Part shown: positions 38,970 to 48,528 of the stretch, in pieces
Position numbering within the stretch: position 1 is the first letter of the stretch
How the letters are laid out: each line of letters starts with the position of its first letter
Source of the DNA: Alphaproteobacteria bacterium
Lineage (GTDB): Bacteria > Pseudomonadota > Alphaproteobacteria > GCA-2731375
Assembly: GCA_965232515.1 (NCBI GenBank)
Contig: CBDDPY010000002.1
Location: 5,184,001 to 5,248,000 of the forward strand
Direction: 5' to 3'
DNA length: 64,000 nucleotides
Made by a program: the position numbers and the translations under genes
Notes under the pieces: generated by a model
Told to the model about the DNA's origin: nothing
Database searches by the model: none
What the model saw: the letters and a program-made list of their open reading frames with translations, nothing else

Positions 38970-39951
38970 GCGGGCGAAGAAGAAGCCGCTGTTCGAGAAG
39001 CTGGCGCTGATCGGCGTCGGCCTGATCGGCTCGTCGATCGCGCGGGCCGCGCGCGAAAAGGGCGTTGTCGAAAAGATCGCCGGCTGCGCCCGTTCGGAAG
39101 CCAATCGGGCCCGCTGTCTGGAGCTGGGCATCGCCGACAGCATGCACGGCGATCCCTCGGCCGCAGTGGTCGGCGCCGACCTGGTGATCATCTGCCATCA
39201 TCTCGGCGACTATGAAGCGACCGCCCAACGCATCGCGCCGGTGCTGCGTCCGGGCGCCATCGTTTCCGACGTCGGTTCGGTCAAGGGCATCATGTTCCGC
39301 GACGTGGCGCCGCATCTGCCGGACAACGTCCACATGGTGCCGGGCCATCCGGTTTCCGGCACCGAGAAGTCGGGACCGGATGCCGGTTTTGCCGAGCTGT
39401 TCGAGGATCGCTGGTGCATCCTGACCCCGGGCGATGCCGACCCGGAGGCGGTCGAGAAGGTGACGGCGTTCTGGCAGGCGCTCGGCAGCCGGATCGAAAT
39501 CATGGAAGCCGAGCACCACGACCTGGTGCTGGGCGTGACGTCGCATCTGCCGCACCTGATCGCCTACAACATCGTCGGCACGGCCGCCGATCTGGAAACC
39601 GTGACCAAGGGCGAGGTGATCAAATACTCGGCCGGCGGCTTCCGCGACTTCACGCGCATCGCCGCCTCCGACCCGGTGTTCTGGCGCGACGTGTTCCTGA
39701 ACAACCGCGAGGCCGTGCTGGAGATGCTCGGCCGTTTCACCGAGGACCTGATCGCGCTGCAGCGCTCGATCCGCTGGGGCGAGGGTGACCGGCTCTTGGA
39801 CCTGTTCACCCGGACGCGCGAAATCCGTCAGCGCATCATTGACGCCGGGCAGGAGACGGACGCGCCCGACTTCGGCCGTCGTCCGGAAACAAAGGACGAA
39901 GTCGCCCAACCAGAACCGGGCCAAGGTAAGCGGATCCGTTCTGGAGCCTGA
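38962..39951 (+). CDS. tyrC: Cyclohexadienyl/prephenate dehydrogenase
   Basis: GVGLIGSS, DVGSVK, GHPVSGTE, SHLPH, FRDFTRIA. Confidence 0.9.
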   Translation: MPRRAKKKPLFEKLALIGVGLIGSSIARAAREKGVVEKIAGCARSEANRARCLELGIADSMHGDPSAAVVGADLVIICHHLGDYEATAQRIAPVLRPGAIVSDVGSVKGIMFRDVAPHLPDNVHMVPGHPVSGTEKSGPDAGFAELFEDRWCILTPGDADPEAVEKVTAFWQALGSRIEIMEAEHHDLVLGVTSHLPHLIAYNIVGTAADLETVTKGEVIKYSAGGFRDFTRIAASDPVFWRDVFLNNREAVLEMLGRFTEDLIALQRSIRWGEGDRLLDLFTRTREIRQRIIDAGQETDAPDFGRRPETKDEVAQPEPGQGKRIRSGA

Positions 39952-40888
39952 CCGGCACCGACAGCACGCCGCCGCCGGCCGCCGCCAGCAGCCCCAGCGC
40001 CGATTTCGCCAGATCGAGATCCCGGGCGCGAATGCGGCCCGTCGCCGCGGCCGCGTCCAGCAGCGCCTCATGGCCGCGGATCTTCGCCGTCATCTCGCCG
40101 GCCGGTCGGGTGGTTTCGTCGAGTTGCAGCGTGCCGGACGCCGCGGCCTTCACCGCGCCCCAGGTCACGTCGAATTTCTGCACTTCCACCGTGCCGCCGG
40201 CGTCGCGCCAGGCGATTACGGCGTCGGAAGGTGGCAGGCCGTTCGGCAACGCGCCGGTCAGGCCCAGAATGACGTCCAGCAGATCGATGTCGCGGCCCAG
40301 CGGCGCCTCGACGCCCGCCGGCAGCCGCAGACCCTCCACCTTCAACGCGGCGTCGCCGAGCCGGTTCGTCGCCTCGGCCCGGCGCATGTGCAGCGTCGCG
40401 CGGCGGACCGTTGCCGGGCCGGGCATGTCGGCGCTGCGCAATTCCAACCCGTCCGCCTCGAACGACAGTCGCAAGGGCTTGCCGTTTGTTGTCGTGCGGA
40501 AACTGCCGACGTTGTCGGCCATGGTCACGTCAACCACGCGGCTTCGCCGCCGCTCGACGAAGGCGATCCGCTGGCGGCCCTCGAAGTGAAACAGGATATG
40601 CGTCAGGTTCCAGGGATGGGCGACGGCGTCGATCCGCTCGCCCTCCCAGGCCGGCGCCGCGGGGCCGCCGGATTGGGCGAGGCGCGGCGCCATCACCGAG
40701 GCCTCGAGGCGGAACGGAAACCCGCTGACCTGCACGTCCTCATAGCCGACGGTCCAGCCGCGGGCGCGCTGCTGATCGGCCCAGGCATCCAGCTGCTCGG
40801 GCACCAGGCCCGCCAGATAGAACCAGTAGACGGCATAGCCGACCGCCACCGCGACGACGACGCCAAGGAGGATGAAATATCGCATCAA
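39836..40888 (-). CDS. DUF2125 domain protein
   Basis: N-terminal anchor with YWF, SGFPFR motif, C-terminal GPV; conserved position after tyrC. Confidence 0.8.
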   Translation of the reverse strand: MMRYFILLGVVVAVAVGYAVYWFYLAGLVPEQLDAWADQQRARGWTVGYEDVQVSGFPFRLEASVMAPRLAQSGGPAAPAWEGERIDAVAHPWNLTHILFHFEGRQRIAFVERRRSRVVDVTMADNVGSFRTTTNGKPLRLSFEADGLELRSADMPGPATVRRATLHMRRAEATNRLGDAALKVEGLRLPAGVEAPLGRDIDLLDVILGLTGALPNGLPPSDAVIAWRDAGGTVEVQKFDVTWGAVKAAASGTLQLDETTRPAGEMTAKIRGHEALLDAAAATGRIRARDLDLAKSALGLLAAAGGGVLSVPVRLQNGSAYLGPVLVGRLRPLFPDDGRSRARPSPARRQ

Positions 40889-41031
40889 GCAGCCTGTTCC
40901 GATCCGGTCGGGGCGTTATAAACGCCGATATGGCGCCGGTCGATAGCGGTTTCGCCGTCGTCGGCCCCTTGCGCCCGGTGTGTCATTTAACTAACTAGCC
41001 GCCGTATCGGCTTCGACAATGATCGCTCGCC

Positions 41032-41598
41032 ATGAATGTCTGTTTTCCACCGCCGCCGAGTCCTGATCTGACCCTGCCCGAGGGGGATCTGTGGGTGTTC
41101 GGCTACGGCTCGTTGATGTGGCGGCCGGGTTTCGCCCACGTCGAGAGCCTCCCGGCGCGCCTGTACGGCTATCACCGGGCGCTCTGCGTCTGGTCGTGGG
41201 TGCATCGCGGCACGGAACGGCAGCCGGGCCTGGTGCTGGGCCTCGATCTCGGCGGCTCCTGTCTTGGCCGCGCGATCCGGGTCGCGGCGGACGACAAGCA
41301 TGGCGTCGCCGACTATCTCTACGCGCGCGAGATGGTGACGCCGGTTTATCAGCCGGCGCTGCTGCCGATCCGGATCGACGGGCAGGTCCACACGGCGCTG
41401 ACCTTCACCATCGACCGCGCCCATCCGCAGTATGCCGGCAAGCTCAGTGACGCGGCCGCGGCGAAGGCCGTACGCAACGGCCGCGGCGTCAGCGGCCCGA
41501 ACCCGGAATACCTCGCCAACACCGTCACCCACCTCGACGAGCTCGGCATCAACGACGGCCCCCTGCACCGCATCGCGGCACTGCTTGGGGTCGATTAA
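41032..41598 (+). CDS. ChaC-type gamma-glutamylcyclotransferase
   Basis: WVFGYGSLMWRPGF, HRGT..PGLVLGL. Confidence 0.9.
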   Translation: MNVCFPPPPSPDLTLPEGDLWVFGYGSLMWRPGFAHVESLPARLYGYHRALCVWSWVHRGTERQPGLVLGLDLGGSCLGRAIRVAADDKHGVADYLYAREMVTPVYQPALLPIRIDGQVHTALTFTIDRAHPQYAGKLSDAAAAKAVRNGRGVSGPNPEYLANTVTHLDELGINDGPLHRIAALLGVD

Positions 41599-42698
41599 CC
41601 GGCGGCCAGGCCCAGACGCGACTGACGCAGCAATTGCCGGCTGCGGAACAGCACCTGCTCCTTCCAGTCGTCGGTATCGGGGTAGTACTGCTTGCGGATC
41701 TGCGCCTTGATGCGCCTGGTTTCCGGATGGTCCCAGTCGTGCTTGCCGTATTCGTGCAACCAGTTGTCCTCGCGCAGTGATTTGCGGCCGGCTTCCATGT
41801 CGTAGGTGCCGTATTCCAGCGCCACGTAGGTCAGCTTGTCGCCCAACACGCGGTACCAGTTCTGCTCCGACAGGCCGACCTTCGGCACCGAAGACGAGGT
41901 GCCGAGGCTGGGCACGGTGACGGAATCGCCGAACCAGCGCAGCGAGCGCTCCAGGCCGACCGTGTCCGGCTCGTGGCCGCTGATCGGCTCGCCGTAGCCG
42001 AACGGCCCCAGGCCGGTGTGATAGTCGATCACGGCGACCGCATCGCGGGCAGTGAGATTGAAATCGGCGAAGATCGCCTCCAGCGTCCGGCGCGACCAGG
42101 TCGGTCCGCTGCCGCCATAAAACATGCCTTCGGGATTGGTGTACTGACCGCCGCCACGGGCGATCTGGAACGCATGCTCGCCATGCTCTTGTCGCCAGGC
42201 TGTCAGTTTGGCCTCGGCCGCCTCGAACACGGGGCCCGTGATGTCGCGCGGCACGAAGGCGTCGGCCAACTCGACATAGCCGGGGTTTTCCGGCGCCGGC
42301 TGATCGAAATCGATGTGATTGCGGTTCAGGTCGACGCCTTCCTCCGTCACCCGGCGCAGCCAGGCGAAGCCATAGGGATTGATGGCGTGGATCATCAGCG
42401 CCGCCATGCCGTCCGTGAGGCGCGCCGGCCCGCCGGCGGTCAGCCAGTCGATCTGCGCGCCAGAGCCACAGAAACCCTCGACGCCATGCGTCGCCGACAC
42501 GGTCGCCAGCACCAGTTTGGCGTCCGTCGGGCCGATCCAGGCGACATCCGTCGCCAGCTCCTCGCCCGCCGGCCCCTGGTTGGGGTTCACATAGGTCTTG
42601 ATCGTGCCGCCGGCCGCGTCGACGGCGGCGGCGAAACGCGTGCGCGCTTCGGTATAGTCGGCCGAAAAGCAGGCCGACAGCTCCATCCCATGGTCCAT
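41595..42698 (-). CDS. DUF2817 / M14-like zinc hydrolase
   Basis: HGVEG, NPYGFAWLRR, DLNRN, DYHTGLG, EYGT. Confidence 0.82.
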   Translation of the reverse strand: MDHGMELSACFSADYTEARTRFAAAVDAAGGTIKTYVNPNQGPAGEELATDVAWIGPTDAKLVLATVSATHGVEGFCGSGAQIDWLTAGGPARLTDGMAALMIHAINPYGFAWLRRVTEEGVDLNRNHIDFDQPAPENPGYVELADAFVPRDITGPVFEAAEAKLTAWRQEHGEHAFQIARGGGQYTNPEGMFYGGSGPTWSRRTLEAIFADFNLTARDAVAVIDYHTGLGPFGYGEPISGHEPDTVGLERSLRWFGDSVTVPSLGTSSSVPKVGLSEQNWYRVLGDKLTYVALEYGTYDMEAGRKSLREDNWLHEYGKHDWDHPETRRIKAQIRKQYYPDTDDWKEQVLFRSRQLLRQSRLGLAAG

Positions 42699-42799
42699 TT
42701 TTCTTTCCCGTAAATGACAGGCTGAGCCGCACACTATATTTTCGAGTGCGGGCGGCTTTCAAAGCCAATCGTCGGTTATTGCATTCGGGAGTGGCCGAT

Positions 42800-43513
42800 A
42801 TGGGCGCGGCGGACATCAAGGCCTGTCTATTCGACGTGTTCGGCACCGTGGTCGATTGGCGCGGCAGCATCACGCGCGAGGGCGAGGCGTTGGGCCGCGC
42901 CAAGGGCATCGAGGCGGACTGGGCCGCCTTCGCCGACGGTTGGCGCGGGCTCTACCAGCCAGCGATGGAGAAGGTGCGCAGCGGCGGCATGGATTGGGTC
43001 GCGCTCGACGTGCTGCACCGCATGAACCTGGACGAGATGCTGGCGAAACACGGCATCGACAATCTCACGGAAGACGAGATCGACCACTTCAACCGGGCCT
43101 GGCACCGGCTCGATCCGTGGCCGGATTCCGTCGTTGGCCTGACCCGGCTGAAAGCCAAGTTCATCATCGCCACGCTGTCGAACGGCAATATCGCGCTGAT
43201 GGTCAACATGGCGAAGCGCGCCGGCTTGCCCTGGGACATGGTGCTCGGCGCCGAGATCGCCCGGGCCTACAAGCCGCAACCGGAGGCCTATCTCCGCTCC
43301 TGCGCCGCGCTCGGCCTCGACCCCGGCCAATGCATGCTGGTCGCCGCGCACAACAGCGACCTGGTCGCCGCCGGCGATTGCGGCATGCGCACCGCCTTCG
43401 TCTCCCGTCCGACAGAATACGGCCCGCACCAGGACAGAGATTTCGAAGCCGAGCACGATTTCGACTATGTCGCGCGGGATTTCCTCGACCTGGCCGACCA
43501 GTTGGGGTGTTGA
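42800..43513 (+). CDS. Haloacid dehalogenase type II (HAD)
   Basis: FDVFGTVVDW, LSNGN, YKP, VAAHNSD. Confidence 0.88.
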   Translation: MGAADIKACLFDVFGTVVDWRGSITREGEALGRAKGIEADWAAFADGWRGLYQPAMEKVRSGGMDWVALDVLHRMNLDEMLAKHGIDNLTEDEIDHFNRAWHRLDPWPDSVVGLTRLKAKFIIATLSNGNIALMVNMAKRAGLPWDMVLGAEIARAYKPQPEAYLRSCAALGLDPGQCMLVAAHNSDLVAAGDCGMRTAFVSRPTEYGPHQDRDFEAEHDFDYVARDFLDLADQLGC

Positions 43514-43524
43514 GGCGTATTCTG

Positions 43525-43613
43525 CTGGATGCCCGCGTCAAGCGCGGGCATGACGAGTAAGCTATTGAAATTATTGCGACACCGTCATTGCCGGGCTTGA
43601 CCCGGCAATCCAG
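43525..43613. repeat. Inverted pair of alphaproteobacterial REP-like palindromes
   Basis: CTGGATGCCCGCGTCAAGCGCGGGCATGACG (43525-43555) and CGTCATTGCCGGGCTTGACCCGGCAATCCAG (43583-43613). Confidence 0.8.
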
Positions 43614-43649
43614 CCATAGATGCGACGGCGCAGATAACTCGGCGCTACG

Positions 43650-45992
43650 CTAACTGCACTTCGAATAGCCGCAGCTGATGCAGGTGTCGCAGTTCTCCTG
43701 CCGGATCAGGCTGGGCGAGCCGCATTTCGGGCAGCCGCGCAGGCGCGGCCGCTGGTCGTCGCCGGCACTGTCGCCGGCCGCGGCCGCGAGCGCCACGACG
43801 TCGCTCTCGGCGTCCCCGCTTTCGGCCTTCGGATCGGGGATGAAGCCGATGGCGATCATGTGCCGCTCGATAACCTCGCCGATCGCCGCCAGCAGCGACG
43901 GCACGTAGTGGCCGGAGACCCAGTGGCCGCCGCGCGGATCGAACACCGCCTTCAACTCGTCGACCACGAAGGAAACATCGCCGCCGCGCCGGAACACGGC
44001 CGAGATCATCCGCGTCAGCGCCACGGTCCAGGCGAAGTGCTCCATATTCTTGGAGTTGATGAACACCTCGAAGGGCCGCCGCCGGCCATCTTGAATCACG
44101 TCATTGACGGTGATGTACATGGCGTGGTCGCTTTCCGGCCACTTCACCTTGTAGGTGCTGCCGGGCAGCGCCTCCGGCCGGTCCAGCGGTCGGGTCATGT
44201 AGACGACACCGCCGGCCTCGAATTCATCCCGCGGTTTCGGCGGCGGCGCCTCGAACGGCAGTTCCGGTTCGCCCGCCTTGGCCGCGGCGTCGGCCGCGTC
44301 CTTCACCGACAGCACTGCGCCGGTCACATCGTTCGGCCGATAGGTCGTGCAGCCCTTGCAGCCGGTGTCGTAGGCCTGCATGTAGACGTCCTTGAAGGCC
44401 TCGAACGAGATGTCCTCGGGGCAGTTGATGGTCTTCGAGATCGAGCTGTCGATGTATTTCTGCACCGCCGCCTGCATGCGCACATGGTCCGCCGGCTGCA
44501 GGGTCTGGGCGTCGACGAAATAGTCCGGCAGCTGCGCCGCCTCGCCGAATTTCGCCCGGAACAGGCGGTAGGCGTAGTCGGTGACCGGCTCTTCCTGTCG
44601 GCTGCCGTCGGGCAGCGTGACGTAGCGGTTGTAGGTGAAGCTGAACACCGGCTCCAGGCCGCTGGAGACGTTGTCGGCGAACAGCGAGATCGTACCGGTC
44701 GGCGCCACCGAAGTGATCAGCGCGTTGCGCACGCCATGTTTGCGGATGGCGGCGCGCACATCGTCGTCCAAGCCGGCCACCGTCTCGCCGGCGAGAAACT
44801 TCTCGGCGTCATAGAGCGGGAAGGCGCCTTTTTCGGCGGCAAGGTCGGCGCTGGCGAGATAGGCCGCGCGCTGCAGCGCCTTCAGCCAGCTCTCGGTCAG
44901 CGCGATGGCCCGTTCGGCGCCGTAGCGCGCCTTGCAGAAGATCAGCGCGTCGGCGAGCCCGGTGACGCCGAGCCCGATGCGCCGCTTGGCCAAGGCCTCA
45001 TGCTGCTGCTGCGGCAGCGGAAAGCGCGACACGTCGGTCACGTTGTCCATCATCCGCACGGCCGTGCGCACCAGCTCGTCCAGCGCCGTGAGGTCCACAT
45101 GCGGATCCTCGCCGAACGGATCCACCACCAGCCGCGCCAGATTCACCGACCCCAGCAGACAGGCGCCATAGGGCGGCAATGGCTGTTCGCCGCAAGGATT
45201 GGTTGAATGAATTTCTTCGCAATAATGGAGATTGTTGCGGCGGTTGATGCGGTCGATGAAGATCACGCCGGGCTCGGCATAGGCGTAGGTCGCCTGCATG
45301 ATCCGGTCCCACAGCGCGCGGGCCCGCACGGTCTTGTAGACCCGGCCATCGAAGACCAGGTCCCAGGCGTCGTCGGCCTTGACCGCGGCCATGAATGGAT
45401 CGGTCGCCAGCACCGACAGGTTGAACATGCGTAAGCGCCCCGGCTCCTGCTTCGAGTCGATGAACGCCTCGATGTCCGGATGGTCGCAGCGCATGGTCGC
45501 CATCATGGCGCCGCGGCGGTGGCCGGCGCTCATGATCGTGCGGCACATGGCGTCCCAGACGTCCATGAAGGTGAGCGGGCCCGAGGCGTCGGCGCCGACG
45601 CCCTTCACCGGCGCGCCCTTAGGCCTGAGCGTCGAGAAGTCGTAGCCGATGCCGCCGCCCTGCTGCATGGTCAGCGCGGCCTCTTTCAAATGCTCGAAGA
45701 TGCCGCCCATGTCGTCCGGGATCGTGCCCATGACGAAGCAGTTGAACAGCGTCACGTTCCGGTCCGTGCCGGCGCCGGCGACGATGCGCCCGGCGGGCAG
45801 GAACTTGAAATCCTGCAACGCCGTCTGAAACCGGGGCGCCCATGCGTCCGGCTCGGTCTCGACCGCGGCCAGCGCCTTGGCGATCCGCGCCCAGGTCTCG
45901 TCGATCGTGTTGTCGACCGGCGTCCCGTCCGGCGTTTTCAGCCGGTACTTCATGTCCCAGATCTGCTGCGAAATCGGTGCGACGGTGGACAT
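43650..45992 (-). CDS. nrdJ: Class II (AdoCbl-dependent) ribonucleotide reductase with C-terminal TSCPD-like/zinc-ribbon domain
   Basis: LFNCFV, TNPCGEQ, ACLLGS, RRIGLG, APTGT, KGCTTYR, terminal CxxC...CxxCGYSKC. Confidence 0.94.
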   Translation of the reverse strand: MSTVAPISQQIWDMKYRLKTPDGTPVDNTIDETWARIAKALAAVETEPDAWAPRFQTALQDFKFLPAGRIVAGAGTDRNVTLFNCFVMGTIPDDMGGIFEHLKEAALTMQQGGGIGYDFSTLRPKGAPVKGVGADASGPLTFMDVWDAMCRTIMSAGHRRGAMMATMRCDHPDIEAFIDSKQEPGRLRMFNLSVLATDPFMAAVKADDAWDLVFDGRVYKTVRARALWDRIMQATYAYAEPGVIFIDRINRRNNLHYCEEIHSTNPCGEQPLPPYGACLLGSVNLARLVVDPFGEDPHVDLTALDELVRTAVRMMDNVTDVSRFPLPQQQHEALAKRRIGLGVTGLADALIFCKARYGAERAIALTESWLKALQRAAYLASADLAAEKGAFPLYDAEKFLAGETVAGLDDDVRAAIRKHGVRNALITSVAPTGTISLFADNVSSGLEPVFSFTYNRYVTLPDGSRQEEPVTDYAYRLFRAKFGEAAQLPDYFVDAQTLQPADHVRMQAAVQKYIDSSISKTINCPEDISFEAFKDVYMQAYDTGCKGCTTYRPNDVTGAVLSVKDAADAAAKAGEPELPFEAPPPKPRDEFEAGGVVYMTRPLDRPEALPGSTYKVKWPESDHAMYITVNDVIQDGRRRPFEVFINSKNMEHFAWTVALTRMISAVFRRGGDVSFVVDELKAVFDPRGGHWVSGHYVPSLLAAIGEVIERHMIAIGFIPDPKAESGDAESDVVALAAAAGDSAGDDQRPRLRGCPKCGSPSLIRQENCDTCISCGYSKCS

Positions 45993-46107
45993 GTCGAAGA
46001 CTACCGTGGTTCAGGTTGCGGCGGCCGGATTGTAATGCCGGCAGGCGCTGACGGAAACAAACGATGTCCGCGCTCGAAGGTGATATGAATTTCGATCATA
46101 CATCGAT

Positions 46108-46122
46108 GTTCTTGTTTTGTAC
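46108..46122. promoter_or_regulatory. LexA (SOS) box-like site upstream of nrdJ
   Basis: GTTC-TTGTTTT-GTAC, one mismatch to the alphaproteobacterial GTTC-N7-GTTC. Confidence 0.6.
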
Positions 46123-46284
46123 ATATGCGCCTGTTCGTGTTATCGACCGGACGAGATCATTTGTGCCCGTGATTCCCGATATCAACAGCCCTGCCATCTG
46201 GTTTGCGCGTACAGTCGGCCGTTATCCAACAACAATCCACAGGATGTGCAGCAATCGGTTCGCCGGCGGGCCGGTGATTAGGGC

Positions 46285-47034
46285 CTAAAACCCACCACCG
46301 ACCGGCAGAATAGCCCCCGTGAGATAGTCCGGCGCGTCGCAGATCAGCCAGACAATGCTCTGGGCGATCTCGTCGGCGGTGCCGGCGCGCTTGACCGGGA
46401 TCCGTTCGGCCAGCGCCGCGACCCGGTCCGGTGCGCCCGCCCGGGCATGGATTTCGGTGTCGACCAGGCCCGGCGCCAGCGCGTTCACGCGGATGCCCTC
46501 GTCTGCCACTTCCAGCGCCAGGCCCTTGGTGAAGGTGTCGATGGCGGCCTTCGAGGCGGCATAGTCGACCCAGTCGTTCGGGCTGCCGCGACCAGCGGCG
46601 GTCGACGAGACGTTGACGATGCGGCCGCCGGCGCCGCCACGCGCGGTCGACATGCGGCGCACGGCCTCGCGGGCGCAAAGGAACGGCCCCGCGACATTGA
46701 CCCGCAGCACCCGGTCCAGGATGTCGGCGTCCTGATCCACCACCCGGCGGCCGTTCGGGCCGGTATAGCCGGCATTGTTGACAAGCGCCGTTATGGACCC
46801 GAGGTCGCGGTCGACGGTCTCGAACAGGGCGACGATGTCGGCCTCGCGCGCCATGTCGGCCTGCGCGGCGATGGCCCGGCCGCCCGATCCCTCGATCTCG
46901 GCGACGATCGCGGCCGCTTCGGCGGCGCTGTCGCGGTGATTGACACAGACGGCATGGCCGCGGGCGGCCAGCAATCGGGCCGTCGCAGCGCCAATGCCAC
47001 GGCTGGCGCCGGTGATGAGTGCGATCCCGGTCAT
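46285..47034 (-). CDS. SDR oxidoreductase
   Basis: TGASRGIG, NNAG, YAASK; ATG overlaps the plsC stop. Confidence 0.88.
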   Translation of the reverse strand: MTGIALITGASRGIGAATARLLAARGHAVCVNHRDSAAEAAAIVAEIEGSGGRAIAAQADMAREADIVALFETVDRDLGSITALVNNAGYTGPNGRRVVDQDADILDRVLRVNVAGPFLCAREAVRRMSTARGGAGGRIVNVSSTAAGRGSPNDWVDYAASKAAIDTFTKGLALEVADEGIRVNALAPGLVDTEIHARAGAPDRVAALAERIPVKRAGTADEIAQSIVWLICDAPDYLTGAILPVGGGF

Positions 47035-47795
47035 GCGGTCTCCTCTCGCGCCTGGGCGACGGCGGTCGCGGCCTGCGCTTCCGCCTCCAGCCGCGCCGTA
47101 CCGCCTTCGATGCGCTCGGTCAACATGGCCATGAAGCCGCGCCGGTCGAGGCCGGGCGGGATCGGTTCCTGATATTCCAGTACGATTGTGCCCGGCTGCT
47201 TCAGGAAGCTGCGCCGGGCCCAGAACAGACCGGAATTCAGCGACACCGGCACCACCGGTATGTCGAGCGCGCGATAAAGCGCGGCGACGCCCGGCTGATA
47301 GGGCGTCGCCTCGACCGGCGCGCCGGGCGCGGTCCGCGTGCCCTGCGGGAAGATCACGATCGGCCGGCCGGCGGCGATCTCGGCCCGGGCGTCGGCGACC
47401 ATGGCCTTCAGGGCCGACGGTCCGCCGGCACGGTCGACGGCGATCATCCGGCTCTTGCGGCACATCTGGCCGTAAATCGGGATCGACAGCAGCTCCTTCT
47501 TCAGCACGATGGCCGGATCGTCCAGCTCGGTGTGCCAGATCAGCGTGTCCCAGGCGGACTGGTGCTTGGCCGCGGCGATGAACGGCCCGGCCGGCAGCCG
47601 GTCCCTGCCGCGGATTTCGACCCGGATGCCGACGATTGTCCGCAACAGCGCGTTGACGTGGTTGGTCCAGCGGCGCTGGCCGCCGACCAGAATATGCCGT
47701 GGCATGAACAGCGACGGCGCGTAATAGAGCACCAGCACCGCCGACCATACGAAGAACGCCGTATTGAACGCCAGTGCGCGGACTTTGGTCCACAT
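47031..47795 (-). CDS. plsC: 1-acyl-sn-glycerol-3-phosphate acyltransferase
   Basis: KHQSAWDT, FPQGTR; alternative GTG at 47813. Confidence 0.88.
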   Translation of the reverse strand: MWTKVRALAFNTAFFVWSAVLVLYYAPSLFMPRHILVGGQRRWTNHVNALLRTIVGIRVEIRGRDRLPAGPFIAAAKHQSAWDTLIWHTELDDPAIVLKKELLSIPIYGQMCRKSRMIAVDRAGGPSALKAMVADARAEIAAGRPIVIFPQGTRTAPGAPVEATPYQPGVAALYRALDIPVVPVSLNSGLFWARRSFLKQPGTIVLEYQEPIPPGLDRRGFMAMLTERIEGGTARLEAEAQAATAVAQAREETA

Positions 47796-47809
47796 GCCGG
47801 GCGGGCCGG

Positions 47810-48466
47810 TCACGTGGTGCCGTTGGCGGCGAGACCGGGGCCGGCCTGAACCCGCAGCAGGCTGACCAGATACTTGTTGAACTCGACGGCCAACAGCTTC
47901 GCCGTGCCGGGCCACAGCCACCAGCGCGCTTGCTTCACATGGGCCGGGAACACCGGATTGGCGACCAGTTCGACGTCGGGCATGTAGTGGCGGAACAGCA
48001 GCAGGCTGCGCGGCATATGATAGCTGGCCGTGACCACCCGCAACGAGCGGTAGCCGCCGCTCTTGACCCACATGGCGGTCTCGACGGCGTTGCCCACGGT
48101 GTCGACGGCCTCGTGACCGAGATCGACGCAACAGGCGAAGCGCTCCGGCGTCGTCGGGCTTTGCGCGCGCAAGGCCTCGGCCGTGGTCGCCCGGTCGACG
48201 CCAGATATCAACAGTCGCTTGGCGCGGTCCTGCACCAGCAGCGCCAGGCCCACGTCCAGCCGCTCGGCGCCGCCGGTCAGCACGACGATGGCGTCGGTGA
48301 TGCCGTCGGGATCGTCCACTGCCTGCGGCAGGCTGTTGGCGAAATAGATCAACCCGCCCAGCCAGATGCAGACGAGGCCGCCGATCAGCCACAACAGCGA
48401 CGGCAGAATCGGCCGCCGCATGGCGGCCTCTGATTTGCGCAGCTTGGCTTCCTTGTAGTCGTTCAT
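47810..48466 (-). CDS. YdcF/DUF218 family protein
   Basis: AIVVLTGG, DTVGNA, VTASYHMPRS. Confidence 0.88.
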   Translation of the reverse strand: MNDYKEAKLRKSEAAMRRPILPSLLWLIGGLVCIWLGGLIYFANSLPQAVDDPDGITDAIVVLTGGAERLDVGLALLVQDRAKRLLISGVDRATTAEALRAQSPTTPERFACCVDLGHEAVDTVGNAVETAMWVKSGGYRSLRVVTASYHMPRSLLLFRHYMPDVELVANPVFPAHVKQARWWLWPGTAKLLAVEFNKYLVSLLRVQAGPGLAANGTT

Positions 48467-48528
48467 CTCAACCTCACGCCGCGGTCAGGCGTCCGGTCGG
48501 ACACAATTCTCGCCGTCATGGTGCGGTC

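Noticed and set aside
43650-45992. Intein or intron in nrdJ
   Set aside because: Catalytic motifs are contiguous and the length is normal
46222-46241. DnaA boxes upstream of nrdJ
   Set aside because: Only 7/9 matches to TTATCCACA; too weak
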